This document shows, piece by piece, positions 8,760-19,996 of a stretch of DNA of 20,995 nucleotides (position 1 is its first letter; every line of letters starts with the position of its first letter). The notes under the pieces were generated by a model. That model was not told the DNA's origin, searched no databases, and saw only the letters and a program-made list of their open reading frames with translations. The DNA comes from Macrostomum lignano (lineage: Eukaryota). The stretch lies in the NCBI GenBank assembly GCA_002269645.1, contig NIVC01000336.1, forward strand, positions 1-20,995. Reading direction: 5' to 3'. A program made the position numbers and the translations under genes.

Positions 8760-11700
8760 ATGAAACAGGTGCTACTGCAATGGATTTTGCCGAAGGTCAT
8801 GTAACTGCTGCTGTACAAGTCCAACCTGTATGGGTTCCTTTTTCTTCGTGTCGCGTTGAGAATGTACGAGGTGACGGCAACTGTTTTTTCACGGCCATAT
8901 TGAGACAATTACAAGAACTGCCAGGTTTTTCCGCCTATCAATCGCTAAGCGTAGAAGATTTTCGAGATGCGGTTGCTGCAGAATTCGAGCAATGGGTGCA
9001 TCGCGATGTCAATAATCAGGAAAGAATTATGCAAACAGGACTGAATTGGGAAAAAGTGCGCGACGATACAAGGCGTCCCCGTATGTACGTGCCATGCGGA
9101 GTTCCAGAACTAATTGGTGAACTGTTGCGGCTAGAAGTGTTTATTTATCAGTCAAACATGCTTAATCTAGCGCGGCCTGGCCATTATTCCCGACCGAATA
9201 TTGGAGAACGTTTGGCTACTATTCGATTGTTGTTTAATCCTGGTAGTCAACACTACGAAATCGTTCGTGTCAATGATTTGGAAGTTAATGAAGCAAGCTC
9301 AGTTCGGCCGACTGGCCAAGGAGATTTGAGCGCCAAGAATGTGGAAATGCCCCCTCTCAACGAGAATGTTCATGTTGTCGAAGATCCTGTTGTAATGATG
9401 CCACCTCCAGCTCCACCAATGACGCCTTTTGAAAAGGTTGCAGACTGGACCCGAGTTCAAAGTAGGCATTGGAAGGGACGTTGTAGAAATCAAGCAAAGT
9501 CCTTGGAAAATAATACGAGTTTGTTTGCGCATCCGAATTCATATGAAGTGCTTCGGGATCGGAACAACTCTGTCTGGAATTGGAATGTCGATCTTGACGC
9601 GGAGGATAGCGCAGAGTCAGTTGAAATTGAGCATGTGTCAGAGTCAGTTAAAAGTGATCGTGTGTCAGAGTCCGTGCCATCAAATGTTCCGCGGCGCAGT
9701 CGGCGTAAAAAGGATGTTGGGAAGGCAAGTTGCGCTACGCGTCGGAGTAGTCGACTGAGCGCTAAAGCAAACACATTAGAGTCTGTGTCTGTTGCAGCCT
9801 CTAGTGTATCTGGTCAGAGCTTATTGAGAAGAAGCAGTCGCACTCGGAGAGCACCATGTTGCAGTTGCATCGGTTGTGGCGACTCAGTTTCGGCGGTTTC
9901 AAGCGTTTCTTGCCATTTGGAAAAAGGAAGAGGTCGAGAAAAGAAGAGCGACGTTGTACCAAGTGCTCCTACTCGTCGCAGCGAGCGTTTGAAAAACCAG
10001 CAGCAAGTGGTCAACTATGCAAATTCTTTACCACGGAAACAGAGATTGACAAACGCAGAAAATCATATCTGCGAACCCGTTCGATCGTCGCCTAGGAAGA
10101 CGGCACCTTTGCAGCAGGAGCAGCAAGATAAACGTCAGTCTGATAATATTCCAGCTACTTCTACGTATTCATCACCACGAAAGACACGTGCTACTCAGGA
10201 GAAGCCTGATGAAGCGATCCGTTCGTCACCCAGAAAGCGGCCTACAATGGAGCAGCAGCCAGCTAAAGAAAATGTTCCGCAGAGCAGCACTTCAGAAGAG
10301 AGCGCTCAAGATGCTCCAATTGTTGAAGATGAAATCGGAGATCCTAATCTGCCAAAGTGCCTTCGCAATCCGTTCACAGACCAGTTCAAAAAGATGAGGC
10401 AAGACTTTTTCAATGAAAACATAACAAAAGTATCACATTTGAAACAGTGCTACGTGTGTAGGGAAAAGTTTCCTGGAAAATATTTTAGCATCGATTCTGA
10501 AGACATGTGCGATCGTTGTTTCAGAGATGACAATGAGCCGAAATCGTTTAGCCAAGAAAACAATGCGATTCCGATGTTGGAGCAGCCAGAAGATTTGCAA
10601 GATTTGAGTGTAGCAGAGCAAATGTTGATTTCGCCAGTTTTGTCGGTTATTGTTGTGGTACAAATTTTTCCCCAAAAGCAAACAAAATCGAGAGGACACG
10701 GAATCATGTTGCCTCAAGATCAGTCGCACGTTTTGCGAGAGCTGCCAAGACGATCTCTGCCAGTTGTTTTAATGTACGACGAAAGAGCCCGTGTTCAGCC
10801 TGGAGAAGCGCAAAGCGGCACAATGAACAATTTGCGAGTTCGACGCGACAAAGTGACTAATGCGATGCGCTATTTAATGGCAAACAACAAGTACTTTAGA
10901 CAGTATCAGGTTTCAATGAATAATGATGCGTTGCTACATCTGCCTGAAGATGGTTATGCTCATCAAGTAGAAGGTATGATTGTCGAAATGCAGTCTGACA
11001 ATGAAGTGAATTTCGAGGCGGCACAGCAAGAAGGCGGCTCAGCCAGAGCTGAGCGATTGCAGCAACAAGTAGAAAAAAATGCGGACGAGACGAACGAGCT
11101 CGAGGAAACAATTAGTTCGCTGTTGGAGACTCCTTTGCGTCGATTGGAATCGGCAGTACGAGACAAATTTTTGAGTGAAAAATTGAAATGGCCAGCAAGA
11201 AGCAACGAGCCGGTAAACGAATTTCAGGATGAAGGATATTTTACATTGGCTTATCCTCATCTCTTTCCGGATGGAGCAGGAGATTATAGTACGCCACGTA
11301 ATTTTGGACTAAGTTTGGGCGACTATGCAAAGCATTTGATGCAATTCCGGTGTCCAAGATTTCGTACCGATTTGCGGTTTAAATTTTACATTGAAAATAT
11401 GGTGATGCGTTGGAGGGCGCTGGAAGTTGGTCGCGTGTTTGTACACGACAACAAGTATGCTGGATTAAGTGCCAAGGAAATGATTGAAGCACTAAATGAC
11501 CCGGCAGTATTGGCTAGCGTGTCAGTTCGAGCATCAGATTTGCGAGGCACAAGCGCTTATTGGCAGAGTAAAGGACGGCAATTGGAAGCCATGATTCGAA
11601 CGCTTGGTGTTCCTCATTTTTTCGTGACACTATCGGCAGCAGATGTACATTGGCCAGAGTTGCAGCATGCCTGGGGAATCGATGCAGAGCAATATGAAAG

Positions 11701-14700
11701 CAATGTAGAACTAAGAGCAGAAATGTTGTCAAAGTTGCAAAAAGATCCCGGAATGGCAGACACTGTGTTTTGGTTGCGATTTGAAACATGTTTGAAACGT
11801 TTTTTGGTCGAGCACTGGAAAGTAAACGATTATTGGTTTCGCATAGAATATCAGAGTCGCGGAAGTCCACACGTTCACGGTTGCATTTGGATGCCAGATG
11901 GTGTTGATGTGACATCGAATACATTGAATGCAGAAGAATTGACGAGCTTTGTTGACAAGTACATCTGTAGTTGGAATTTGGCCATGGACGAATCGGATTA
12001 TGGAAATCAAGTTTTGAATGGCAGTTTAGCAGGTCAAGGTCATCCAGCTCAACTGAAACCGGAAGAGATTGAAAATGACAAGCAAGATTTGCAGTTAATT
12101 TCGCATTTGACAGAGAGGCACACTATTTGCAGTAAAAAGTGCTTGCGAACAGTAAAAGGCAAACAAGAGTGCCGATTCAAGTATCCGCGCGAGCCGCAGG
12201 AAAAGACTGTTGCAAAGCGAGTATCCCGTTTAAATTGGCAAGTTGAGACGCAGCGCAACGACGAGCGAATGATTTCTCACAGTCCGCAGTTGCTGTGCAT
12301 GTGGAGAGCCAATGTCGATGTTCAAATGATTTCGTCCGTGAAGAATTTGATTCGCTATTTGATCAAGTATGCGACAAAAAGCGAAAAGGAGTCGGATTAT
12401 ATGGCGGAGCTGACAAAGCGTCTTCATAAGGAGTTGGAAGATAATGCAGAACAGAATGCCGATAACAATTTTCAGCGTAGCAACACTGCAAGGCGTGTTG
12501 TACAACAACACTTGATGGCGCAAGTTGGAGCGCGTGATTATTCGGCGCAAGAGGCAATGCATTTGCTATTGCAGACGTCAATGTACAAGGGTTCGCGAGA
12601 ATTTGTTTTTGTTCAGACTGGCGAAACCCGCGCAGTGGAGGAAAAGGGTGTTTGCAGGAATAGTTGCGACAAGTATTCAAAGCGTGCAAAGAATTTGGAA
12701 AATGTAACAATGTTTCGTTTCTTTTCCGACTACTGTCTCAGCCCTAATGGGAGGTGCACAAAAAGGCCGAAACAAGTAGTTTTGCTAATCAGTCCATTTT
12801 TTCGACCGAATGAGCAATCAGACGAAAGACGCGAAGGCTATTATCGGCAGCAGGTTTTGTTGTACAGTTGTTGGCGAAATGAGCGAGAAGCCAAAGGTTT
12901 GCACACAAGCTGGCAGCAAGCGTACGAAGCCATGCCTGCTGAGAATCGATGCGAGCTGCAGCTGCCCAATTTGGACGATTTGCGCAACGACGAAGCTGAC
13001 GAAGAAGTCGAAGCAGTTGCGGAGCTACCCGAAATGACCAACGCAAATGCGCAATCTGCTGCTCAGCCAACTTATGAGCACGAAGAGCAAGAAGATTGGA
13101 TGGTTGCAGTGGGGGCACTTCATCGCGAGAGAAATCTATTGGCCTGTCCAGAAGATCAATTGCCAAAGCCGCCAGAAAATTTTGACTGGAGCGCAGCTAG
13201 TGGCGGCCAGTTTCCAACGGTTGGAGAAGCAAAGGCGTTTTTAAGTAGCGACCTAAAACTTGGCGCAAGAGAGGTCGCTGACATGCCGATAAACAGTGTT
13301 GAATCGCTTAATGTTCGGCAGCGAGAAATGTACAACCTAATTGAAAGTCATTTGCAGCTTTCAAGACTAGCCGAAGAAAACCAAGGCGAAAAGCCGGAGC
13401 CTCTCAAAGCAATTTTGTATGGTAGCGCTGGAACTGGAAAAAGCTACTTGATTTCTACATTGCGTCGGTTGATTGGAGAATCAAGATGCAGAATTATGGC
13501 ATCAACAGGCGTAGCCGCTTTCAATATTGCAGGCGAAACTTTGCACTCGGCTTTGAAATTGAATGTAAATTTTAGTGCTGGTGTTGGCAAGAAATCCCTA
13601 ATGGAGATGCAAGAGCAGTGGAAAGATGTGCGCTACATTTTTATTGACGAATTTAGCATGCTTGGCCAAAGGTTACTCCGTAAGGTGGATGCTCGTTTGC
13701 GCGAATTGTTTCCAGAACACAGTAAACAGAGTTTTGGTGGTCGATCTGTAATCCTAATTGGCGACGTGTTTCAATTGCCTCCAGTTTTGGACACGCAACT
13801 GTACGTTTACAATCCAAATCAAAAGAAGCACGATATATTGAAATCTGAAGGCTATAAATTGTACATGGAGTTCAAAAAGGTTGTGCATCTGACAGAACAA
13901 GTCCGACAAGCAAACGATACGGAATTCGCCCAGTTGTTGGATAAACTTCGCGAAGGCAAGGCCGACGAAGCCTGCTGGAATTCGTTGATGAACAATTGTC
14001 GCGTCTATGCTCCCGACCTTTTGCCTGAAGGTTTCCAAAGCGGGTGTACATTTTTATATCACACTAACGAGGATGTGAGAAATCGCAACTACATGCTATT
14101 GGGAAAGATGGTTTCCGAATTGAATCCTGTGCGGCAAATTAACGCAATTTGTAAAGGAGACGAAGCAAAATTGTGTGGCAAAAAGAAGGAACATAAAAAA
14201 TCGGATACGAATCTGGAGAAGCGACTCTATTTGTGTATTGGTGCTCGAGTAATGCTAACTAGAAATCTGTCAGTACGCAATGGACTTGTGAATGGATCAG
14301 TTGGAACTGTACGAGGAATTTGCTACGCTCCTGGAAGGCAATCACCAAAGGATTGGCCAGATTGTATTTGGGTTGAATTTGACAATTATTCTGGCCCAGC
14401 AATGGGGGCAATTGTACAAGATAATCGTGCAATTCGTGTAGTGCCAATTCTGTCAGTAACGAATGAAAAGTTTAAAGGAGGAGCCCAATTGTCGCGTCAA
14501 CAATTTCCACTACGATTGGCTTGGGCTAGTACGATTCACAAGAGCCAAGGACTTACAATTCCAAAAGCGTACGTGGCGTTTAGCAAAGGAGGCGCCAGGA
14601 AAGCTATTCCAGCTGGATTATTTTATACTGCGGTGAGTAGAGTTCGTGCATTTGCAGATTTGCGAGTATCAAGTTGCGATTACAACAATTTCGTGAGCCT

Positions 14701-14788
14701 TTTTTCTGCACAAAAAGTGCAGACGCAGTTGCATGAGCAAAAGCGTTTGCTGAGAATGTGCTCATCCGCGAATTCTGATAGCCGCTAA
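8760..14788 (+). CDS. Exon 3 of the OTU-Zn finger-Rep(HUH/Y2)-PIF1 helicase transposase (RepHel); spliced product 2159 aa
   Basis: Uninterrupted 2014-codon track ORF. Acceptor cttttacAG|AT at 8758-8759 (phase 1). Motifs: OTU GDGNCFF...HY; CX2CX16CX2C; YPHLFPDG; FFVTLS; EYQSRGSPHVH; YLIKYATK; GSAGTGKS; IDEFSM; GDVFQLPPV; QFPLRLAWASTIHKSQGLT; YTAVSRV. Exon sum 79+372+6029 = 6480 nt = 2160 codons including the stop. Confidence 0.97.
8850..9265 (+). other. OTU-like cysteine protease (deubiquitinase) domain
   Basis: VENVRGDGNCFFTAILRQL (Asp 8873-8875, Cys 8882-8884) and the C-terminal LLFNPGSQHYE (His 9251-9253) match the OTU D-x-x-C ... H-Y pattern. The catalytic residues are intact. Confidence 0.9.
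10448..10519 (+). other. C4 zinc-finger-like motif CYVC-X16-CDRC
   Basis: Read from the translation. It precedes the conserved pre-Rep region (AEQMLISPV...GHGIMLPQD...LRVRRDKV...NNKYF) typical of this RepHel group. Confidence 0.7.
11200..12400 (+). other. Rep / HUH endonuclease (Y2) domain
   Basis: Motif 1 FFVTLSAAD (~11618), motif 2 H-V-H (11870-11878) within EYQSRGSPHVH, and motif 3 Y-L-I-K-Y (12356-12370) with two tyrosines. Confidence 0.95.
13300..14660 (+). other. PIF1-family SF1B helicase domain
   Basis: Walker A GSAGTGKS (13421-13444), Walker B IDEFSM (13643-13660), GDVFQLPPV (13760-13786), QFPLRLAWASTIHKSQGLT (from 14501), YTAVSRV (14624-14644). Confidence 0.97.
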
Positions 14789-14800
14789 CTTGCTATTCTA

Positions 14801-17800
14801 AAGTCGGCAACTATTTAGTCAGCAACTATCCATCCAGTCAGCATCCGTCCAGTCAGCAGCCGTCAGTCAGCAACAATCCAGTCAGCAACCATCCAGTCAG
14901 CAACCATCCAGTCAGCAAACATCCATCCAGTCAGCAACCATTCGTCCAGTCAGCATCCATCCAGTCAGCAACCATCCAGTCAGCAACCATCCAGTCAGCA
15001 TCCGTCCAGTCAGCAGCCATCCAGTCAGCAACCGTCCATCCAGTCAGCAACAATCCAGTCAGCAATCATCCAGTCAGCAACCATCCAGTCACAACCATCC
15101 AGTCAGCAGTCATCCAGTCAGCAACCATCCGTCCAGTCAGCAACCATCCGTCCAGTCAGCAATCATCCGTCCAGTCAGCGACCATCCAGTCGGCAACCAT
15201 CCAGTCACAACCATACGTCCAGTCAGCAACCATCCAGTCAGCAACCATCCAGTCAGCAACCATCCATCCATTCAGCAACCATCCAGTCAGCAACCATCCA
15301 GTCAGCAACCATCCAGTCAGCAACCATTCGTCCAGCAACCATCCATCCAGTCAGCAACAATCCAGTCAGCAACCATCCAGTCAGCAAACATCCATCCAGT
15401 CAGCAACCATTCGTCCAGTCAGCATCCATCCAGTCAGCAACCATCCAGTCAGCAACCATCCAGTCAGCATCCGTCCAGTCAGCAGCCATCCAGTCAGCAA
15501 CCGTCCATCCAGTCAGCAACAATCCAGTCAGCAATCATCCAGTCAGCAACCATCCAGTCACAACCATCCAGTCAGCAGTCATCCAGTCAGCAACCATCCG
15601 TCCAGTCAGCAACCATCCGTCCAGTCAGCAATCATCCGTCCAGTCAGCGACCATCCAGTCGGCAACCATCCAGTCACAACCATACGTCCAGTCAGCAACC
15701 ATCCAGTCAGCAACCATCCAGTCAGCAACCATCCATCCATTCAGCAACCATCCAGTCAGCAACCATCCAGTCAGCAACCATCCAGTCAGCAACCATTCGT
15801 CCAGCAACCATCCATCCAGTCAGCAACAATCCAGTCAGCAACCATCCAGTCAGCAACCATCCAGTCAGCAACCATCCGTCCAGTCAGCAACCATCCAGTC
15901 AGCAGCCATCCTGTCAGCAGCCATCCAGTCAGCAGCCATCCAGTCAGCAACCGTCCATCCAGTCAGCACCCATCCAGTCAACAACCATCCAGTCAGCGAC
16001 CATCCAGTCAGCAACCATCCAGTCAGCAACCATCCAGTCAACAACAGTCCATCCAGTCAGCAAACATCCATCCAGTCAGCAACCATCCAGTCAACAACAG
16101 TCCATCCAGTCAGCAACCATCCATCCAGTCAGCAACAATCCAGTCACAACCATACATCCAGTCAGCAACCATCCAGTCAGCAACCATCCGTCCAGTCAGC
16201 AACCATCCAGTCAGCAGCCATCCTGTCAGCAGCCATCCAGTCAGCAGCCATCCAGTCAGCAACCGTCCATCCAGTCAGCACCCATCCAGTCAACAACCAT
16301 CCAGTCAGCGACCATCCAGTCAGCAACCATCCAGTCAGCAACCATCCAGTCAGCAAACATCCATCCAGTCAGCAACCATCCAGTCAACAACAGTCCATCA
16401 AGTCAGCAACCAATCATCCAGTCAGCAACAATCCAGTCAGCAACAATCCAGTCACAACCATACATCCAGTCAGCAACCATCCAGTCAGCAACCGTCCATC
16501 CAGTCAGCAACCATCCAGTCAACAACCATCCAGTCAGCGACCATCCAGTCAGCAACCATCCAGTCAGCAACCATCCAGTCAGCAACCATCCAGTCAGCAA
16601 ACATCCATCCAGTCAGCAACCATCCAGTCAACAACAGTCCATCCAGTCAGCAACCATCCATCCAGTCAGCAACAATCCAGTCACAACCATACATCCAGTC
16701 AGCAACCATCCAGTCAGCAACCGTCCATCCAGTCAGCAACAATCCAGTCAGCAACAATCCAGTCACAACCATACATCCAGTCAGCAACCATCCAGTCAGC
16801 AACCGTCCATCCAGTCAGCAACAATCCAGTCAGGAACAATCCAGTCAGCAACCATCCAGTCAGCAACCATCCAGTCAGCAACCGTCCATCCAGTCAGCAA
16901 CAATCCAGTCACAACCATCCGTCCAGTCAGCAACCATCCAGTCAGCAAACATCCATCCAGTCGGAAACCATCCAGGCAGCAACCATCTAGTCAGCAACCA
17001 TCCATCGAGTCAGCAACCGTCCAGTCAGCAACCATCCTGTCAGCAGCCATCCTGTCAGCAGCCATCCAGTCAGCAAACATTCATCCAGTCAGCAACCATC
17101 CATCCAGTCAGCACCCATCCAGTCAACAACCATCCAGTCAGCGACCATCCAGTCAGCAACCATCCAGTCAGCAACCATCCAGTCAGCAAACATCCATCCA
17201 GTCAGCAACCATCCAGTCAACAACAGTCCATCCAGTCAGCAACAATCCAGTCAGCAACAATCCAGTCACAACCATACATCCAGTCAGCAACCATCCAGTC
17301 AGCAGCCATCTAGTCAGCAGCCATCGAGTCAGCAGCCATCCAGTGAGCAACCGTCCATCCAGTTAGCAACCATCCAGTCAGCAACCATCCGTCCAGTCAG
17401 CAACCATCCAGTCAGCAGCCATCCTGTCAGCAGCCATCCAGTCAGCAGCCATCCAGTCAGCAACCGTCCATCCAGTCAGCACCCATCCAGTCAACAACCA
17501 TCCAGTCAGCGACCATCCAGTCAGCAACCATCCAGTCAGCAACCATCCAGTCAGCAAACATCCATCCAGTCAGCAACCATCCAGTCAACAACAGTCCATC
17601 AAGTCAGCAACCAATCATCCAGTCAGCAACAATCCAGTCAGCAACAATCCAGTCAGCAACAATCCAGTCACAACCATACATCCAGTCAGCAACCATCCAG
17701 TCAGCAACCGTCCATCCAGTCAGCAACAATCCAGTCAGCAACAATCCAGTCAGCAACCGTCCATCCAGTCAGCAACCGTCCAGTCAGCAACCATCCATCC

Positions 17801-18970
17801 AGTCAGCAACCGTCCAGTCAGCAACCATCCAGTCAGCAATCATCCATCCAGTCAGCAACCATCCAGTCAACAACCGTCCATCCAGTCAGCAACCATCCAG
17901 TCAACAACCATCCAGTCAGCGACCATCCAGTCAGCAACCATCCAGTCAGCAACCATCCAGTCAGCAACCATCCAGTCAGCAAACATCCATCCAGTCAGCA
18001 ACCATCCAGTCAACAACAGTCCATCCAGTCAGCAACCATCCATCCAGTCAGCAACAATCCAGTCACAACCATACATCCAGTCAGCAACCATCCAGTCAGC
18101 AACCGTCCATCCAGTCAGCAACAATCCAGTCAGCAACAATCCAGTCACAACCATACATCCAGTCAGCAACCATCCAGTCAGCAACCGTCCGTCCAGTCAG
18201 CAACAATCCAGTCAGGAACAATCCAGTCAGCAACCATCCAGTCAGCAACCATCCAGTCAGCAACCGTCCATCCAGTCAGCAACAATCCAGTCACAACCAT
18301 CCGTCCAGTCAGCAACCATCCAGTCAGCAAACATCCATCCAGTCGGAAACCATCCAGGCAGCAACCATCTAGTCAGCAACCATCCATCGAGTCAGCAACC
18401 GTCCAGTCAGCAACCATCCAGTCAGCAGCCATCCTGTCAGCAGCCATCCAGTCAGCAAACATCCATCCAGTCAGCAACCATCCATCCAGTCAGCACCCAT
18501 CCAGTCAACAACCATCCAGTCAGCGACCATCCAGTCAGCAACCATCCAGTCAGCAACCATCCAGTCAGCAAACATCCATCCAGTCAGCAACCATCCAGTC
18601 AACAACAGTCCATCCAGTCAGCAACAATCCAGTCAGCAACAATCCAGTCACAACCATACATCCAGTCAGCAACCATCCAGTCAGCAGCCATCTAGTCAGC
18701 AGCCATCGAGTCAGCAGCCATCCAGTGAGCAACCGTCCATCCAGTTAGCAACCATCCAGTCAGCAACAATCCAGTCACAACCATACGTCCAGTCAGCAAC
18801 CATCCAGTCAGCAACCATCCGTCCAGTCAGCAACCATTCCAGTCAGCAACAATCCAGTCACAACCATACGTCCAGTCAGCAACCATCCAGTCAGCAACCG
18901 TCCATCCAGTCAGCAACCATCCAGTCAGCAACAATCCAGTCACAACCATACGTCCAGTCAACAACCATCC
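14801..18970. repeat. ~4.2-kb satellite, 15-bp unit CCAGTCAGCAACCAT with frequent 19-bp variants (+CCAT/CCGT) and higher-order duplications
   Basis: Seen directly. Shared rare variants define block duplications at offsets 469 (14913/15382), 312 (15909/16221), 1201 (16221/17422) and 1382 (16831/18213, 16961/18343, 17341/18723). Confidence 0.98.
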
Positions 18971-19955
18971 AATTATTTACGATAAATTGCGTAATTTGCG
19001 TTGCAGTGGCTGCTGAATTCTCATAAGCAAAGCACTTAAAAAGCTAATGTCTGCTCGAGTTACAATTTAAATATTCTTTCCAAAAACGAACACTCTATTG
19101 AGTGGGTACTGCGCGCATGTTTGCCGTTTGGCGGTTTTGATACAAATTTGCGAAACTATTATTGCGCGCAGCACCGCCCACAAAATGTGCAGTGAAAGTC
19201 CCTAAAAGTGTGAGTAGCATTGATTAACCTTTCACAGTGTAAAAAAATTTACAGTGTAAAAAATGGTGTAAAGTTTCCATAAAAATATCTTTGTTTTTAA
19301 TTCTCATTGCACTGTGTGAGGTTAGTTAAATGCTCGACGCTTTTTGTTTTAGACACGGCAGTATTTTTCTCATATAATAGTTTACATATTTATTGATTAA
19401 TTCGTTTTTTCGGAGTTTTGAAAGCTGCTGTGCCTAATTATGGATTTAGCTAAATGATCAGGCTACCTAATGTTGGGTAACTTGTATCAAATGGCAAAGC
19501 ATTTCACTGCAAAGTCGCATCCGGTGGTTTCACGTACCTGTGGGCGTTAAACTGTACATTTGAAATGCTGAATTTCTAGGAAAATCTCATTTCAAATTAC
19601 AGTGAACAGAATCGGAGCGGCGAAAATTTTTTTTAACTAATTTCGTTGTTAATTGCAAGATTATTTTTCGTAAGTCCAAATGTCCAAGATATTTATTATG
19701 AGTATTATTTCTTGGACCTTAGTATATGATGTTAATTCATGTGTCTCAGTTTGATTTTTTGAGTCTATTTAATAGAACTTTGTGATTAAAAAATTAATGA
19801 ATGGTAAATTATAATTAATTAGTCACATAGGACATATGTAACTAAAATACGTAGCATCTAAGTAGTTTACAATAGTTTAACATTTTTAGGGTTTTATGTG
19901 TTGCAAAACTGTACTCAAAGAAATCAAAAATAATTTCGAAATATTGAGCAATTAA

Positions 19956-19986
19956 TGCACTTCGACCTGCTAAGGTGGCACACCTT
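19956..19986 (+). repeat. 3' terminus: 13-bp subterminal IR plus short hairpin
   Basis: TGCACTTCGACCT (19956-19968) is the reverse complement of 1260-1272, followed by GCT and then AAGGTG-GCA-CACCTT (19972-19986). Confidence 0.8.
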
Positions 19987-19996
19987 CAATCTAGTC

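Larger units (their letters stand above)
1259..19989 (+). mobile_element. Full-length autonomous Helitron-like element, HLE2 (Helitron2/Helentron-group), without AP endonuclease
   Basis: RepHel ORF with the Helentron/Helitron2-type Rep motif 2 (WFRIEYQSRGSPHVH). Perfect 13-bp IR AGGTCGAAGTGCA (1260-1272) / TGCACTTCGACCT (19956-19968). A long hairpin directly follows the left IR, and a short hairpin lies 3 nt after the right IR. Flanking T1258 and T19990 match the TT target known for this group. The transposon identity is very secure; the exact ends are inferred. Confidence 0.8.

Noticed and set aside
9299-14447. Many overlapping or antisense ORFs within RepHel
   Set aside because: These are shadows of a long coding sequence, with no independent motifs.
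8744-14788. Host PIF1 helicase gene or viral replicase
   Set aside because: Fusion to an HUH/Y2 Rep with the Helitron-type motif set, plus terminal structures and no capsid or other viral genes, indicates a Helitron-like transposon.
15156-16600. Minus-strand ORFs of LLTGW/MVADW repeats
   Set aside because: A by-product of a 15-bp unit; the frequent 4-nt insertions shift frame freely, arguing against coding constraint.
14786-18970. Read-through of RepHel into the satellite, whose + strand consensus has no stop in any frame (PVSNH/QSATI/SQQPS)
   Set aside because: A second in-frame stop (TAG) follows ten codons after the TAA, and the array has no ATG; openness is explained by base composition.
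14801-18970. CRISPR-like array
   Set aside because: No unique spacers, and the context is eukaryotic; it is a continuous tandem repeat.
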